64,000 bases of DNA, taken from assembly GCA_964452525.1 (NCBI GenBank), contig CAYVLZ010000001.1, positions 65,742-129,741 of the forward strand. The letters are read 5' to 3'. Below are positions 37,730 through 47,594 of the stretch, piece by piece. The DNA is from Candidatus Woesearchaeota archaeon. Lineage in GTDB: Archaea; Nanobdellota; Nanobdellia; SCGC-AAA011-G17; CAYFGV01. Position numbers and translations under genes: made by a program. The notes beneath the pieces were generated by a model that did not search any database, was not told where the DNA came from, and saw only the letters and a program-made list of their open reading frames with translations. Position 1 is the first letter of the stretch. Each line of letters starts with the position of its first letter.

Positions 37730-40700
37730 AAGAAGTTTGGTGGCGGTATTTTTAGTATTTTTGGTAGTTGTATCTGGTCTTCCTGCTAGTGCACAGTATT
37801 ATGGAGATAGAGATCAGGATCTTTATGGTACTGGAAGAGGAAATCTTGGAGTTTGGGGCGTGGATGTTGTCGAGCAGTCACCTTTGATTGTACCTGCTGT
37901 AGCATTGGAGCATAGATCTAGAGCGCCCGTTTTACTTAGGTTAAGATTCTACCCTTTAACTTTGCTGACTGCTGATAATTTAGAAATTACCCATGTAACT
38001 GTTTCTTTAGATAAATCCAGTAAGGGTGTTACGAGTGTTGGCAGATATACTGAAATAGAACCTGAAGATGATATTACATCTAGAGATTTTACTCCAGAAA
38101 TAGCTGAAACAAAAAGTGAGGGAGTGGTTAAGGTCTATTTAGATAGGTATGGTGTTGGGAGAGATAGGACTCCGAGGATTAGTGAAGATACAGTAGAGAA
38201 AGCTTGTCAAGAATCTGGAGGAAAGGGTGTAGAAGATGTGGTTCCTGATCAGATTGAATTGTCTTTGAAAGCTGTTGTAAGATTTAAAGCTAAGAAATCT
38301 GATGGTACTTATATAGATAGAAGAGATTTCATATCCGGTAGTGTTGATGCGACTGAATACGAAATTCAAGAGAGAGTGGAAGAAAGATTAAGGCAATTAA
38401 ATAATAGAAGAGAGCAATTAGGTGAACTGCCTATAACTGGTGAAAAAGAAATTGAGAAGATAGAGGAAGATGTCAGAAAGCAAATTGAAGGCGGAACTCA
38501 AGAATATATAACTGATGTCGTTTATTTTGATACTGTCATTCCCATTGATAAAAGTAGAGTTTATGATCCAAGTCCAGAGAGTTTAAGAAAAAGAATTTGT
38601 AATACTATTGATATTAGAGAAAAATTACAGGGTGTTATAGATAAAGTTAGAAAAGTTGAGAATGTTATGACTGTTAGTTGTCTGGCAACTATGGTTGGAA
38701 GCTATGTAAGTGTTTTATTTGGAACCAGCTATTGCGATGCTACTGATGCTATTTCATTGGGTTGTGATTGGGTATTTTGTCCAAGGAGCAGATGTGCTGA
38801 AGAGAAAGTAGATCCTTTTGGAAGTATTTTATCAAGCTCTTTATTATGTTGGGATAGAGATAGACAATTCTTTGGTAAATCATTATTATCTGTAAAAGAA
38901 GGTGTTGATGAAAAAGGAGAAGATGAGACTAAAATTGAATGTGGTTATACTAATTTAGATGAAACAACAGGAAAAAGTCCAAGTGCTGGATTGACTATTC
39001 CTCATTACGGATGTATTTCTGGAGTTAGAGGTAATTTGGAATTGATAGATTTAATTGTTGAAAAATATCAACAGTGTTTAGTTGCAGCTAAGAACGGAGG
39101 AGTAAGTGTCGGTATCTGTGATAGGCTGAGAAATCTGTATATTTGTGACAGAGCTGTTGGAGCATTTTTAGATTATATGAATTCTAAAGGAGGAAGCAGT
39201 ATATTTACAGATTCTTTGATTAACTTACAAAATATGGAAACTGGAGATGCTGTTCCGGATAAGCCAGGAGAAGTTAGAAGTGAATGGGATGAGAAGAAAG
39301 ATACCTGGGCAGCTGTAAGTAAATCCTTGGTTGATGATTATCAGAGAGTTCCTTTCTTTAAGATGTTCGCTAATAAGGAAGAATATTTGAGGAGTCAGGT
39401 ATGTGCCGTATTTATCGAAGGTGGATTCTTTGATCTTGATAGTTTTAAGAATAATATGTTGACAGTTCCAATACCCGATAGTTATTTAGTTTATACTGAG
39501 AAAAGAGACTGGGGGGGCATTGGAGATGAGAAATCTTATTCATATGATGTATTTTACCAAGTTTATAGTGGAGAAGAAGGTTATTATGGAAGAGGTGGAA
39601 ATTATAATGTTTATCTAAGGGGAACTAGGATAGATATGAATGGGAAAAAAAGGCAATGTTCATTGCCTATTGCTAGTGGTTATGTTCCTGCTGGAGAAAT
39701 GGTGCAGGAAAACGTGTATAAAGTAGATACCTGTAATGCTGAGCAACAATGTATTAGGTTTAAAGGAAGAGAGAATTGTAATGACATTAGCTTACTTACT
39801 GCCTTGACTCCTCAGGGAGCGGATCCTTTTGGTTTAAGTTTGCTGTATAATGATGATAGGGATGGAGATGGGTTACCAGATAGTTGGGAAAGTGCTAATA
39901 ATGTTGATAATCCTTATGATGATGCGGATAGAGATGGATATTGTAATGCGATGGAATTTGAGAAAGGTACAGATCCTTTAGATGAAAATAGTTATCCTAA
40001 TGTTAAAGGTTGGAAAGATGATTCTTCAGAATGTATAAGTCTGGTTAAAACTCTTAAGTTAAGAAATGAGAAAGGTTATGAAGAAGATAAAGAAGATTTT
40101 GATTCTTCTCAAGAAACTGAGGACATCATAGAAGATATAGAGGAGGAAGAAGGAGACCTTCTGAGTTTAACTCTTAATTCTATAAAGATTAAAAAGGATG
40201 GAGTTACTTTTGACGATTATCAAGATTCTAATCTGGAAATTGATTCTGGAGGCATTTATGATGTAGAGTTTACTTTTGATAGAAAAATTAAAAATTGTAA
40301 TTTTGTTGGTGATATTTATGGTGATGTGGTTGTTGATGATACTGTTTGTGTACTTGATGACGAATCTTTTGCCAGAAGGGATTCTTGGCTATTCACTATA
40401 AATATTGAGCCTTTAGATGAAGGGTACAATAGTTTTATTAAAAGTTATGTTTTGAATAATGTAGAAACTAAGGTTGTTAATAATAATCTATTATGTGAAG
40501 TAACAAATGGAAATAATGGAGAGGAGTTTGGATATTGTTTATACGCTGATACTGACTCTGAAAAGAGATGTAGTGATTATTCCATAATAGGACAGACTTT
40601 TTATGGCTCTTTTATTGACCAGACATCCTCTAAAACAGCTTGTAATAATAGATGTAATGAAGATTATTCTGGTCTGTGCTTAACTAATGACGGCGATAAG

Positions 40701-40730
40701 CTTAATGATAACGTTATAGAAGAAGTTTAG
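37722..40730 (+). CDS. Large secreted protein (1002 aa) with thrombospondin-type-3-like Ca-binding Asp motifs
   Basis: Signal peptide. DDRDGDGLPDSWE...DDADRDGYCN...GTDPLDENS (DxDxDG-type motifs). Overlaps the upstream gene by 8 nt. Confidence 0.55.
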   Translation: MVKRSLVAVFLVFLVVVSGLPASAQYYGDRDQDLYGTGRGNLGVWGVDVVEQSPLIVPAVALEHRSRAPVLLRLRFYPLTLLTADNLEITHVTVSLDKSSKGVTSVGRYTEIEPEDDITSRDFTPEIAETKSEGVVKVYLDRYGVGRDRTPRISEDTVEKACQESGGKGVEDVVPDQIELSLKAVVRFKAKKSDGTYIDRRDFISGSVDATEYEIQERVEERLRQLNNRREQLGELPITGEKEIEKIEEDVRKQIEGGTQEYITDVVYFDTVIPIDKSRVYDPSPESLRKRICNTIDIREKLQGVIDKVRKVENVMTVSCLATMVGSYVSVLFGTSYCDATDAISLGCDWVFCPRSRCAEEKVDPFGSILSSSLLCWDRDRQFFGKSLLSVKEGVDEKGEDETKIECGYTNLDETTGKSPSAGLTIPHYGCISGVRGNLELIDLIVEKYQQCLVAAKNGGVSVGICDRLRNLYICDRAVGAFLDYMNSKGGSSIFTDSLINLQNMETGDAVPDKPGEVRSEWDEKKDTWAAVSKSLVDDYQRVPFFKMFANKEEYLRSQVCAVFIEGGFFDLDSFKNNMLTVPIPDSYLVYTEKRDWGGIGDEKSYSYDVFYQVYSGEEGYYGRGGNYNVYLRGTRIDMNGKKRQCSLPIASGYVPAGEMVQENVYKVDTCNAEQQCIRFKGRENCNDISLLTALTPQGADPFGLSLLYNDDRDGDGLPDSWESANNVDNPYDDADRDGYCNAMEFEKGTDPLDENSYPNVKGWKDDSSECISLVKTLKLRNEKGYEEDKEDFDSSQETEDIIEDIEEEEGDLLSLTLNSIKIKKDGVTFDDYQDSNLEIDSGGIYDVEFTFDRKIKNCNFVGDIYGDVVVDDTVCVLDDESFARRDSWLFTINIEPLDEGYNSFIKSYVLNNVETKVVNNNLLCEVTNGNNGEEFGYCLYADTDSEKRCSDYSIIGQTFYGSFIDQTSSKTACNNRCNEDYSGLCLTNDGDKLNDNVIEEV

Positions 40731-40737
40731 TTTTAGA

Positions 40738-40834
40738 TGCGGGAGACAGGGTTCGAACCTGCGTAGGCACTAAGCCATTGGGTTTCTTATTATTATCCTA
40801 AGCCCAACCCGTTTGACCACTCCGGCACTCCCGC
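40738..40834 (-). tRNA. tRNA-Leu (anticodon TAG) with a 13-nt canonical-position intron
   Basis: Minus strand. GCGGGAG-UG-CCG..CGG-G-UUGGG-CUUAGG[AUAAUAAUAAGAA]A-CCCAA plus a long variable arm UGGCUUAGUGCCUA and T-arm GCAGG-UUCGAAC-CCUGU. Confidence 0.8.
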
Positions 40835-40923
40835 ATGAAAAAAGTTTATTTAGTATATTTAAAAAAGTTTCGAGTTTAATAACAATTAAATTTATTAATC
40901 TCTACTTTCAAGTAATATGAAAA

Positions 40924-42207
40924 ATGAGGGAGCGTTGGTCTAAGTTTGGATTAGTCTTAGCAGGCATTGGTTCTGCTATTGGCTTAGGAAATATATGGAG
41001 ATTTTCTTATATAGCTGGAGAAAGTGGTGGCGGTGCTTTTTTGATTCCTTATTTTATAGCTATATTCTTCTTTGCTGTTCCAGTTATGTTAATAGAATTA
41101 AGTGTTGGTAGAAAATATAAGGGGTCCGTTCTTACTTCTTTAAAGAATATAAATCCCAAATTAAAGTATATTGGATTAGTTCCTTTGTTTATTACATTGT
41201 TTATACTAAGCTATTATTTAGTTATTAGTGGGTGGACTTTGGCTTATTTCATATTTTCTTTTGGTGGATACGTTGATTTTAGCTTCTTTACCCAATCTTA
41301 TTATCCTTTGTTTTATTTTATTGGAACTTTGCTTGTTGTTACAGTGCTGGTTTCATTGGGCATTAAGAAAGGTATTGAGAGGACTTGTAGGTATTTATTG
41401 CCTTTGTTGTTTGTTTTTCTTTTAATATTATTAGTGAAGGCTATAACATTGCCTGGTGCTATTGATGGAATAAAATTTTACTTAATGCCGAATTTTTCCG
41501 CTTTATCTGATTCTAGGATATGGATATTAGGATTTGGACAAGCCTTTTTTTCTTTGTCTGCAGGTTACGGAATATTGTTAACTTATGGGAGTTATATGGG
41601 TAAGAAAGATAGTGTTCCTGGTTCTGTAGTTAGGATTGCTAGTGCGGATACTTTAGTTGCTTTGTTATCTGGGTTAATTATATTCCCAATTGTTTTCTCA
41701 TTTGGTTATAATCCTGCAGCTGGTCCTGAATTGGCGTTCGTTACCTTGCCTACGATTTTTAGTGATATGTCATTTGGTTTTATTTTCGGGGCCATATTTT
41801 TTGGATTATTGTTTATAGCTGCTATAACTTCTGCAATAGCAATGTTAGAAGTCGGAGTTACTAGTTTTATTGATGAATTTAGATTAAGTAGACTTAAATC
41901 AACGGCTTTGATATCTTTGTTTTTGCTTTTTGTAGGTTTGCCTTCTGCTTTGAGCTATTCTGGTTATGATATAAGTTTAATCGGAAAACCTTTTTTAGAT
42001 GGAATGGATTTCATTTTTGGTTCTTTATTAATTCCAGTTTCTGTAGCTATAATTAGTATAGCTGTATCTTGGTTCTTAAAACCAAAAAAATTATTAGAAG
42101 AAGTAAATAGAAATAGTAAAATTAAATTTTCTAACACTATGGTTTATTTACTCAGATATGTGATACCTTTGATATTGTTTGTTGTGTTTATATTAGAACT
42201 TATCTAG
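40924..42207 (+). CDS. Neurotransmitter:sodium symporter (NSS/SNF, LeuT-like) family transporter
   Basis: N-terminal R..W..K....LAGIGSAIGLGNIWRFSY signature and about 11-12 TM helices. Confidence 0.8.
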   Translation: MRERWSKFGLVLAGIGSAIGLGNIWRFSYIAGESGGGAFLIPYFIAIFFFAVPVMLIELSVGRKYKGSVLTSLKNINPKLKYIGLVPLFITLFILSYYLVISGWTLAYFIFSFGGYVDFSFFTQSYYPLFYFIGTLLVVTVLVSLGIKKGIERTCRYLLPLLFVFLLILLVKAITLPGAIDGIKFYLMPNFSALSDSRIWILGFGQAFFSLSAGYGILLTYGSYMGKKDSVPGSVVRIASADTLVALLSGLIIFPIVFSFGYNPAAGPELAFVTLPTIFSDMSFGFIFGAIFFGLLFIAAITSAIAMLEVGVTSFIDEFRLSRLKSTALISLFLLFVGLPSALSYSGYDISLIGKPFLDGMDFIFGSLLIPVSVAIISIAVSWFLKPKKLLEEVNRNSKIKFSNTMVYLLRYVIPLILFVVFILELI

Positions 42208-42370
42208 ATTTTTTCTGCCAACTGTAATTCCTTTTTCTCTTGCTTTTTCCATACCCACATTTACTGCATACACCTTTCTTTTTATGATACGAGGGTTGAC
42301 CGCATCTTCTACATCGAATATGAAGTTTGGCTCTACCCTTCTTACCCATAGAAGCAGTTCCTTTAGACAT
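42200..42370 (-). CDS. rpl37e: 50S ribosomal protein L37e (unannotated in ORF track)
   Basis: 56 aa MSKGTASMGKKGRAKLHIRCRRCGQPSYHKKKGVCSKCGYGKSKRKRNYSWQKKSR with a C4 zinc ribbon. Directly downstream of the Sm gene, a conserved archaeal pair. Its 3' end overlaps the convergent transporter gene by 8 nt. Confidence 0.8.
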   Translation of the reverse strand: MSKGTASMGKKGRAKLHIRCRRCGQPSYHKKKGVCSKCGYGKSKRKRNYSWQKKSR

Positions 42371-42371
42371 T

Positions 42372-42608
42372 TTACTCTGGGGATATCATAACTATTGTGT
42401 CTCCTCTAATGAAAACTAAGCCAATTTTTCTCTTTAATTCGCCGTTTTCATGTTCTTCTGCATTTTCTAATACTGTGTTTATATGTATGTCGAATGCTTT
42501 TAGTGTTCCTATTATTTGTTTTCCGTTTTTTAGTTCAATTAATACTCTTTTGTCCCTAGATTGGTTTAAAGAATCTAATGGTCTTTGTTCCATATTTAAT
42601 TCCCCCAC
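42372..42608 (-). CDS. Sm-like archaeal protein (SmAP/LSm)
   Basis: Sm1 (VLIELKNGKQIIGTLKAFDIHINTVL) and Sm2 (GLVFIRGDTIVMI) motifs. Confidence 0.85.
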   Translation of the reverse strand: MGELNMEQRPLDSLNQSRDKRVLIELKNGKQIIGTLKAFDIHINTVLENAEEHENGELKRKIGLVFIRGDTIVMISPE

Positions 42609-42727
42609 ATAATTTACATTTTACAAAAGTTTTACATTTAAAAACTTATCGGTTTGTGTTTTTTGTAAAACAAATAAATTTTTATATTAGAAGTATTAGA
42701 GGAATATATAATAAAATTGGTGATAAC

Positions 42728-44788
42728 TTGAAGAAGAAAAGAAGGGATAATATAATTGTATTTGTAACTCTCGTTTCTATATTGCTTGTTATGTATTTTT
42801 CTGATATTAGATATACTGGTTTTGCTGTTTTTGAATTTGGAGATGAAGAAGGTTTTGGAAATGGAACTTATAGTAATACAGAATGGATTACTGATCATAT
42901 TGAACTAGGTTCTGGAAATTTATCTGGTACTTATATTAGTAATGTTTTGGATGCTGGAGTGATTTCAACATGGAATCACATTAATTGGACTGAGACCTTA
43001 AACACTCTGGATTTGTTGATCGTTGTTGATGGGCAAGATGATGTTTGGAAGTCTAATGATTCTGGAGTTACTTGGACATTAGTTAAGGATGATCTTAGTG
43101 AAGGAGAAAGCAATGATGCTAATTATATGATAAAGGATAGCAATAATAATCTGTATGTTATTGATGGAGATGATGATGTGTGGCAGAGTACTGATCTTGG
43201 AGTTAGTTGGAGTAAAGTAAATGATGATTATAATGGTGAAGGACAACATGTAAATGTTGCAGTTGTTGATGGTAATGATAATTTGTTCATTATTGAAGGT
43301 GATCAGGATGTCTGGAAGTCTAATGATTCTGGAAGTAATTGGAATAAGGTAAATGTTACTTATGGTAATAATAATGCTCAGGGTATTGTTGCTTTTGATA
43401 CCGATTTATATGTTGTTAGCGGTGCAGCAGACATTTTTAAAAGTACTGATTCTGGAGTGAGCTGGGATAAAATAAATGACGATTATAATGGTGCTGAGAC
43501 AAATAATCCTTTGTATATGCTGGGAGACAGTAGTAACTATCTGTACATCGTTGATGGAGATGATGATGTATGGCAGAGTACTGATCTTGGAGTTAGTTGG
43601 AGTAAACTGACTGATGATTTCAATAATGGAGAAGGGCAAGATATTAAAGCAGGAACAGTTGATATTGATGATAATCTATATGTTATAGAGGGGGATGAAG
43701 ATGTTTGGCAATCTAATGATTCTGGAAGTAATTGGAATAAACAGATTGTGAATTTTAACGGGGACAATGGAAATGCTAAGGGCATGGTTGCATTGCATTT
43801 TGATACGGATATTACTTTTGAGATAAGATCTTGTTCTTCAGACGATTGTAGCGATTCTAGTTTTTCAGGAAGTTATACTAATCCTGATGGAGAGTATTTT
43901 GGTATTGATGATAATAGATATTTTCAGTATAGAGCTACTTTGACTAGCGATAATACAGATATAAGTTCTGAGTTGTATGGTGTTACGGTTGATTATACAA
44001 CCATAGATAATGACCCTGTTTTAGTGTCTCAAACTCCTGTTGATGGCTATAATTCTACAGATGGAGATGTTAATTTTAATTGTTCTGCTACTGATGATGT
44101 TGATTTAGATACTATTACTTTGTATCATGATTTGAATGGATCTTTAGAGGCTAATCAAACAATGATTGTTGATGGATTAAGCGATTCAGCTACTTTTAAC
44201 TTATCTAATTTGGTGAGTGGTGATTTTACTTGGAATTGTTTAGTTTATGATTCAAGTTTACAATTAGCTTGGGGAGAAAATAGAACTGTTAATGTTATTA
44301 TTGAAAGTTCAGAAGATGAGGATACGGGTAGTAGTGGTGGAAGTAGTGGTGGAAGTAGTGGTGGTGATGACAAAGTTGTGGAAGAAGAAAATAGCGAATG
44401 TGTTGAGAGTTGGACTTGTAGTGAATGGAGTGATTGCATTGAAGGAATTCAAAGTAGAGAATGTATTGATAGAAATGGATGCGGAACTTCTGATGGTAAA
44501 CCTCAAGAGAGACAAGAATGTGTTGAAGAAAATGTAGAAGAAGAAGAAACTAATTTAGAAAATGGTAATTCTGATGTAGGATTTACTGGACAAGTTGTAA
44601 ATGCTGGGAAAAACATAGTTGATTTTGCTAAACAAGAGTATTTGGCTTTTGTATTTATAATAGGCGTTGCTTTAATATATGTTAATTTTAGATTTGGTGG
44701 TTTGTTCAAGAGGAAGTTTTCAAGAGTTAAGAAAAGAAGAATTAAATCCAGTAATAAGAGAATAAGAACTAAGAGAAGAAGACGTTAA
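42728..44788 (+). CDS. Surface protein with repeated BNR/Asp-box-like modules, Gly/Ser linker, Cys-rich module and C-terminal TM plus poly-basic tail
   Basis: Probable TTG start at 42728 (the track ORF begins upstream at 42578 with no ATG). Eight or more D.DVW.S.D.G..W.K repeats. (SSGG)3 linker. CxxxWxCxxWxxC module. TM followed by KRKFSRVKKRRIKSSNKRIRTKRRRR. Confidence 0.5.
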   Translation: MKKKRRDNIIVFVTLVSILLVMYFSDIRYTGFAVFEFGDEEGFGNGTYSNTEWITDHIELGSGNLSGTYISNVLDAGVISTWNHINWTETLNTLDLLIVVDGQDDVWKSNDSGVTWTLVKDDLSEGESNDANYMIKDSNNNLYVIDGDDDVWQSTDLGVSWSKVNDDYNGEGQHVNVAVVDGNDNLFIIEGDQDVWKSNDSGSNWNKVNVTYGNNNAQGIVAFDTDLYVVSGAADIFKSTDSGVSWDKINDDYNGAETNNPLYMLGDSSNYLYIVDGDDDVWQSTDLGVSWSKLTDDFNNGEGQDIKAGTVDIDDNLYVIEGDEDVWQSNDSGSNWNKQIVNFNGDNGNAKGMVALHFDTDITFEIRSCSSDDCSDSSFSGSYTNPDGEYFGIDDNRYFQYRATLTSDNTDISSELYGVTVDYTTIDNDPVLVSQTPVDGYNSTDGDVNFNCSATDDVDLDTITLYHDLNGSLEANQTMIVDGLSDSATFNLSNLVSGDFTWNCLVYDSSLQLAWGENRTVNVIIESSEDEDTGSSGGSSGGSSGGDDKVVEEENSECVESWTCSEWSDCIEGIQSRECIDRNGCGTSDGKPQERQECVEENVEEEETNLENGNSDVGFTGQVVNAGKNIVDFAKQEYLAFVFIIGVALIYVNFRFGGLFKRKFSRVKKRRIKSSNKRIRTKRRRR

Positions 44789-44789
44789 A

Positions 44790-45749
44790 ATGTTGGTTAT
44801 TAATCTAATATTATTATTAGTCTCTTGTTTTGTTTTGGTTTTAAGCGGATCTTTTTTAGTTAAAAGTTTAGTTAAGATTGCTTCTTTCTTAAGGCTAAGC
44901 GAATATGTGGTGGCTTTTATAATAATGGCATTCGCTACTTCTATTCCAGAATTGTTTATTGGTATTAGTTCTGCTTTAGCTCACAATACTGCCTTAGCTT
45001 TAGGCACTGTAATTGGGAGTAATATAGCAGATCTGACTTTGGTTATTGGTGTTGCTATTGTGATGTCTAAGTATATCAAGGTTAAACCAAAAAATAGAAT
45101 AAGGAGAGATACTTTGTATATGTTTGCTCTTGTTATTCTTCCTTTAGTTTTGATGTATATTGGAGATGGTCTTTCTAGGAGTGACGGTATCGTTTTATTA
45201 TTCGTATTTATTTTTTATGTGTATGGTATGGTTAAGAAGAGAACTAAGTTCACAAAAGAAGTTGAGAATAATGTTAAAAGGCGTAATATTGTTTTATACT
45301 CTATGTCATTCTTAATAAGCGTGGCTTTACTTTATTTTAGTGCAAAATATGTCGTTAAATATGCTAATCTTCTTTCTATTGATTTGATGTTTCCCCCTAT
45401 TTTAGTTGGTTTGTTCTTAATAGCTATTGGAACATCTCTACCAGAGTTAGTATTTGAAGTAAAAGCTGTTTTATCTAAGCATTCGGAAATGGCACTGGGG
45501 AATATAATTGGCAGCGTTATAGCGAATTCTACTCTTGTTCTGGGGGTTACTGCTTTGATATACCCTATAACTGCTAGTTATTTGCTTTTTATTATTAGTG
45601 GTATTTTTATGATGATAATAACCTTCTTATTTATGACTTTTGTTCAAACTAGTGATCAGTTGCACTGGAAGATGGGAATCTCTTTAATTTTACTTTATGT
45701 TTTCTTTATAATGGTTGAGTTCTATATAAAAACCTTGGTTGGTGGATAA
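44790..45749 (+). CDS. Na+/Ca2+ exchanger (CaCA family, YrbG-like) membrane protein
   Basis: Two alpha-repeat signatures (ATSIPELF..., GTSLPELVFEV) with about 10 TM helices. Confidence 0.75.
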   Translation: MLVINLILLLVSCFVLVLSGSFLVKSLVKIASFLRLSEYVVAFIIMAFATSIPELFIGISSALAHNTALALGTVIGSNIADLTLVIGVAIVMSKYIKVKPKNRIRRDTLYMFALVILPLVLMYIGDGLSRSDGIVLLFVFIFYVYGMVKKRTKFTKEVENNVKRRNIVLYSMSFLISVALLYFSAKYVVKYANLLSIDLMFPPILVGLFLIAIGTSLPELVFEVKAVLSKHSEMALGNIIGSVIANSTLVLGVTALIYPITASYLLFIISGIFMMIITFLFMTFVQTSDQLHWKMGISLILLYVFFIMVEFYIKTLVGG

Positions 45750-45787
45750 ATCAAAAGTTATTTAAAGAGATTATTTTTTAGAATCTC

Positions 45788-46168
45788 ATGGCAGTTGCTC
45801 AAGATAGAAGCAAGAGAAAAGTATCTGGTGGAATCTATAGGGATTTTAGAAAAAAAAGATTATTTAATATTGGTAGGGATCCAACTATGACTAAACTAGG
45901 TAGAACTAAAGTAAAGGCAATAAGAGTTAGGTCTGCTGGTGTTAAAAGAGTTGTTTTGAGTGGAGAATTTGTAAATGTTGTTGATCCTAAAACCAAAAAA
46001 CATAAGAAAGTTAAGATTAAAGCAGTGTTAGAGAATCCTGCTAACAGACATTTTGTTAGAAGAAATATCTTGACTAAAGGTACTGTTGTTGATACTGAGC
46101 TTGGAAAGGCAAAGATTACTTCTAGACCAGGTCAACATGGTGTCATTAATGCTCTTTTAATTAAATAG
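45788..46168 (+). CDS. rps8e: 30S ribosomal protein S8e
   Basis: MAVAQDRSKRKVSGG... N-terminus and size typical of archaeal S8e. Confidence 0.85.
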   Translation: MAVAQDRSKRKVSGGIYRDFRKKRLFNIGRDPTMTKLGRTKVKAIRVRSAGVKRVVLSGEFVNVVDPKTKKHKKVKIKAVLENPANRHFVRRNILTKGTVVDTELGKAKITSRPGQHGVINALLIK

Positions 46169-46262
46169 AATCAGTACTTCTAAATTAAAAACGAAAGCTT
46201 TATAAATAGAAATATAGTATGCTTTATAAAGCTTTGTATGCTTTTATCGGGGGGTAGTATTT

Positions 46263-47174
46263 ATGGTTAATTATGTTAAGAAATGCCCAGAATGCGGTAG
46301 CATAAATCTAATTTTTAATAAAGAGCGTGGAGAAGTTATTTGTAAGGATTGTGGATTGGTTGTTGAAGAGAAGATGATTGATTTCTCTCATGAATGGAGA
46401 GAGTTTGAGCAAGAAGCTTCTAAAATGAGGAGAGCTGGTGCTCCTATGACTTATACTAAGCACGATATGGGCATGGGAACTAGTATTGGAAAGACTGCTG
46501 ATCTTTATCAGTTAAGAGGGAAAGATAGAGATAAGTATTTTAGATTGAAGAAATGGCAACATAGAATATCTACTGCTATCGAAAGAAATCTAAAATTAGC
46601 TTTGGCTGAGTTGAAAAGAGTTAGTAGTTATTTAAAATTACCAGAATCTGTAGAAGAAGAATCCGCAAGAATTTATACTTTAGCTGTTCAAAGAGGCTTG
46701 GTAAGGGGTAGAAGTATGGAATCTGTAGTTGCCGGAGCTTTATACGCTGCTTGTAGAAGACATGAGGTTCCTAGAACTTTGGATGAATTAAGCGAGGCTT
46801 CTGGGATAGATAAAAAAGAAATAGGCAGAACTTATAGATTCATAACAAGAGAACTAGGGATTAGAATATTACCAAGTAATCCTGTTGATTATATTCCGAG
46901 ATTTGCTTCTGCTTTGAAGTTAAGCGCGGAGTCTCAATCAAAAGCTGTTGAGATTTTGGAGATGGCTCAGAAAGCAGAGTTGACTTCTGGTAGAGGACCA
47001 ACCGGAATAGCTGCAGCTTCTTTGTATGTAGCAGCTTTAATGAATAATGAAAAGAGAACACAACGAGAAGTTGCTGATGTGGCTGGAGTAACCGAAGTCA
47101 CAATTAGGAATAGATATAAGGAATTACTTAAAGAGTTAAATCTTAAGGACGAATTGAAGAAGAAAATCAAGTAG
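46263..47174 (+). CDS. tfb: Transcription initiation factor TFB (TFIIB)
   Basis: N-terminal Zn ribbon CPECGS...CKDCG, B-finger and two cyclin repeats. Confidence 0.9.
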   Translation: MVNYVKKCPECGSINLIFNKERGEVICKDCGLVVEEKMIDFSHEWREFEQEASKMRRAGAPMTYTKHDMGMGTSIGKTADLYQLRGKDRDKYFRLKKWQHRISTAIERNLKLALAELKRVSSYLKLPESVEEESARIYTLAVQRGLVRGRSMESVVAGALYAACRRHEVPRTLDELSEASGIDKKEIGRTYRFITRELGIRILPSNPVDYIPRFASALKLSAESQSKAVEILEMAQKAELTSGRGPTGIAAASLYVAALMNNEKRTQREVADVAGVTEVTIRNRYKELLKELNLKDELKKKIK

Positions 47175-47221
47175 AAACCTTTTTATATTTTAATCTTTTA
47201 TTGTTTTAGAGAGGTGCAAGG

Positions 47222-47593
47222 GTGGCAAAGAAAAAAAAGAGAGCTTCTAAGAAGAGTCCTAAAAGGTCGGTTAAAAGGAAAGATTCTAAACAGGATAAAA
47301 TTCATGAATCTTTAGTGAAATACACTATTTATTTACAGAAGATTACTATTGGTTTAATTAAAAGTAATACTGAATTGGTTGATAGAATAGATAAGTTAGT
47401 TGGTTTGTTTGAAGAAGCATCCAAGCATATTAGCTCTGGTACTGAAGAAGAGGAAATAAAGAATTTATCTATGAAATTAGAGTCTTTAACATTGCAGAAT
47501 AAAGACTTGGCAAAAGCTATAGTTCTTTTGGAAGAATATGTTAGGGATAAGAGTATGAGTGAGGAGTTTAGAGCAAGACCTTTACCTAGATAA
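47222..47593 (+). CDS. Hypothetical protein with Lys-rich N-terminus and coiled-coil
   Basis: MAKKKKRASKKSPKRSVKRK then a helical region; no family recognised. Confidence 0.4.
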   Translation: MAKKKKRASKKSPKRSVKRKDSKQDKIHESLVKYTIYLQKITIGLIKSNTELVDRIDKLVGLFEEASKHISSGTEEEEIKNLSMKLESLTLQNKDLAKAIVLLEEYVRDKSMSEEFRARPLPR

Positions 47594-47594
47594 A

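Noticed and set aside
41228-41425. 65-aa plus-strand ORF inside the NSS transporter gene, and the ORFs 44245-44537 and 43406-43785 inside the BNR-repeat surface protein gene
   Set aside because: Alternative frames of repeat-rich or hydrophobic coding regions; overlapped by longer, better-supported ORFs.
42578-42727. Upstream part of the track ORF 42578-44788 (MVFVPYLIPPHNLHF...)
   Set aside because: Overlaps the Sm gene and its promoter and has no ATG near the signal/TM segment. A TTG at 42728 preceded by GGTGA gives a sensible N-terminal anchor, so the 5' 150 nt were treated as non-coding.
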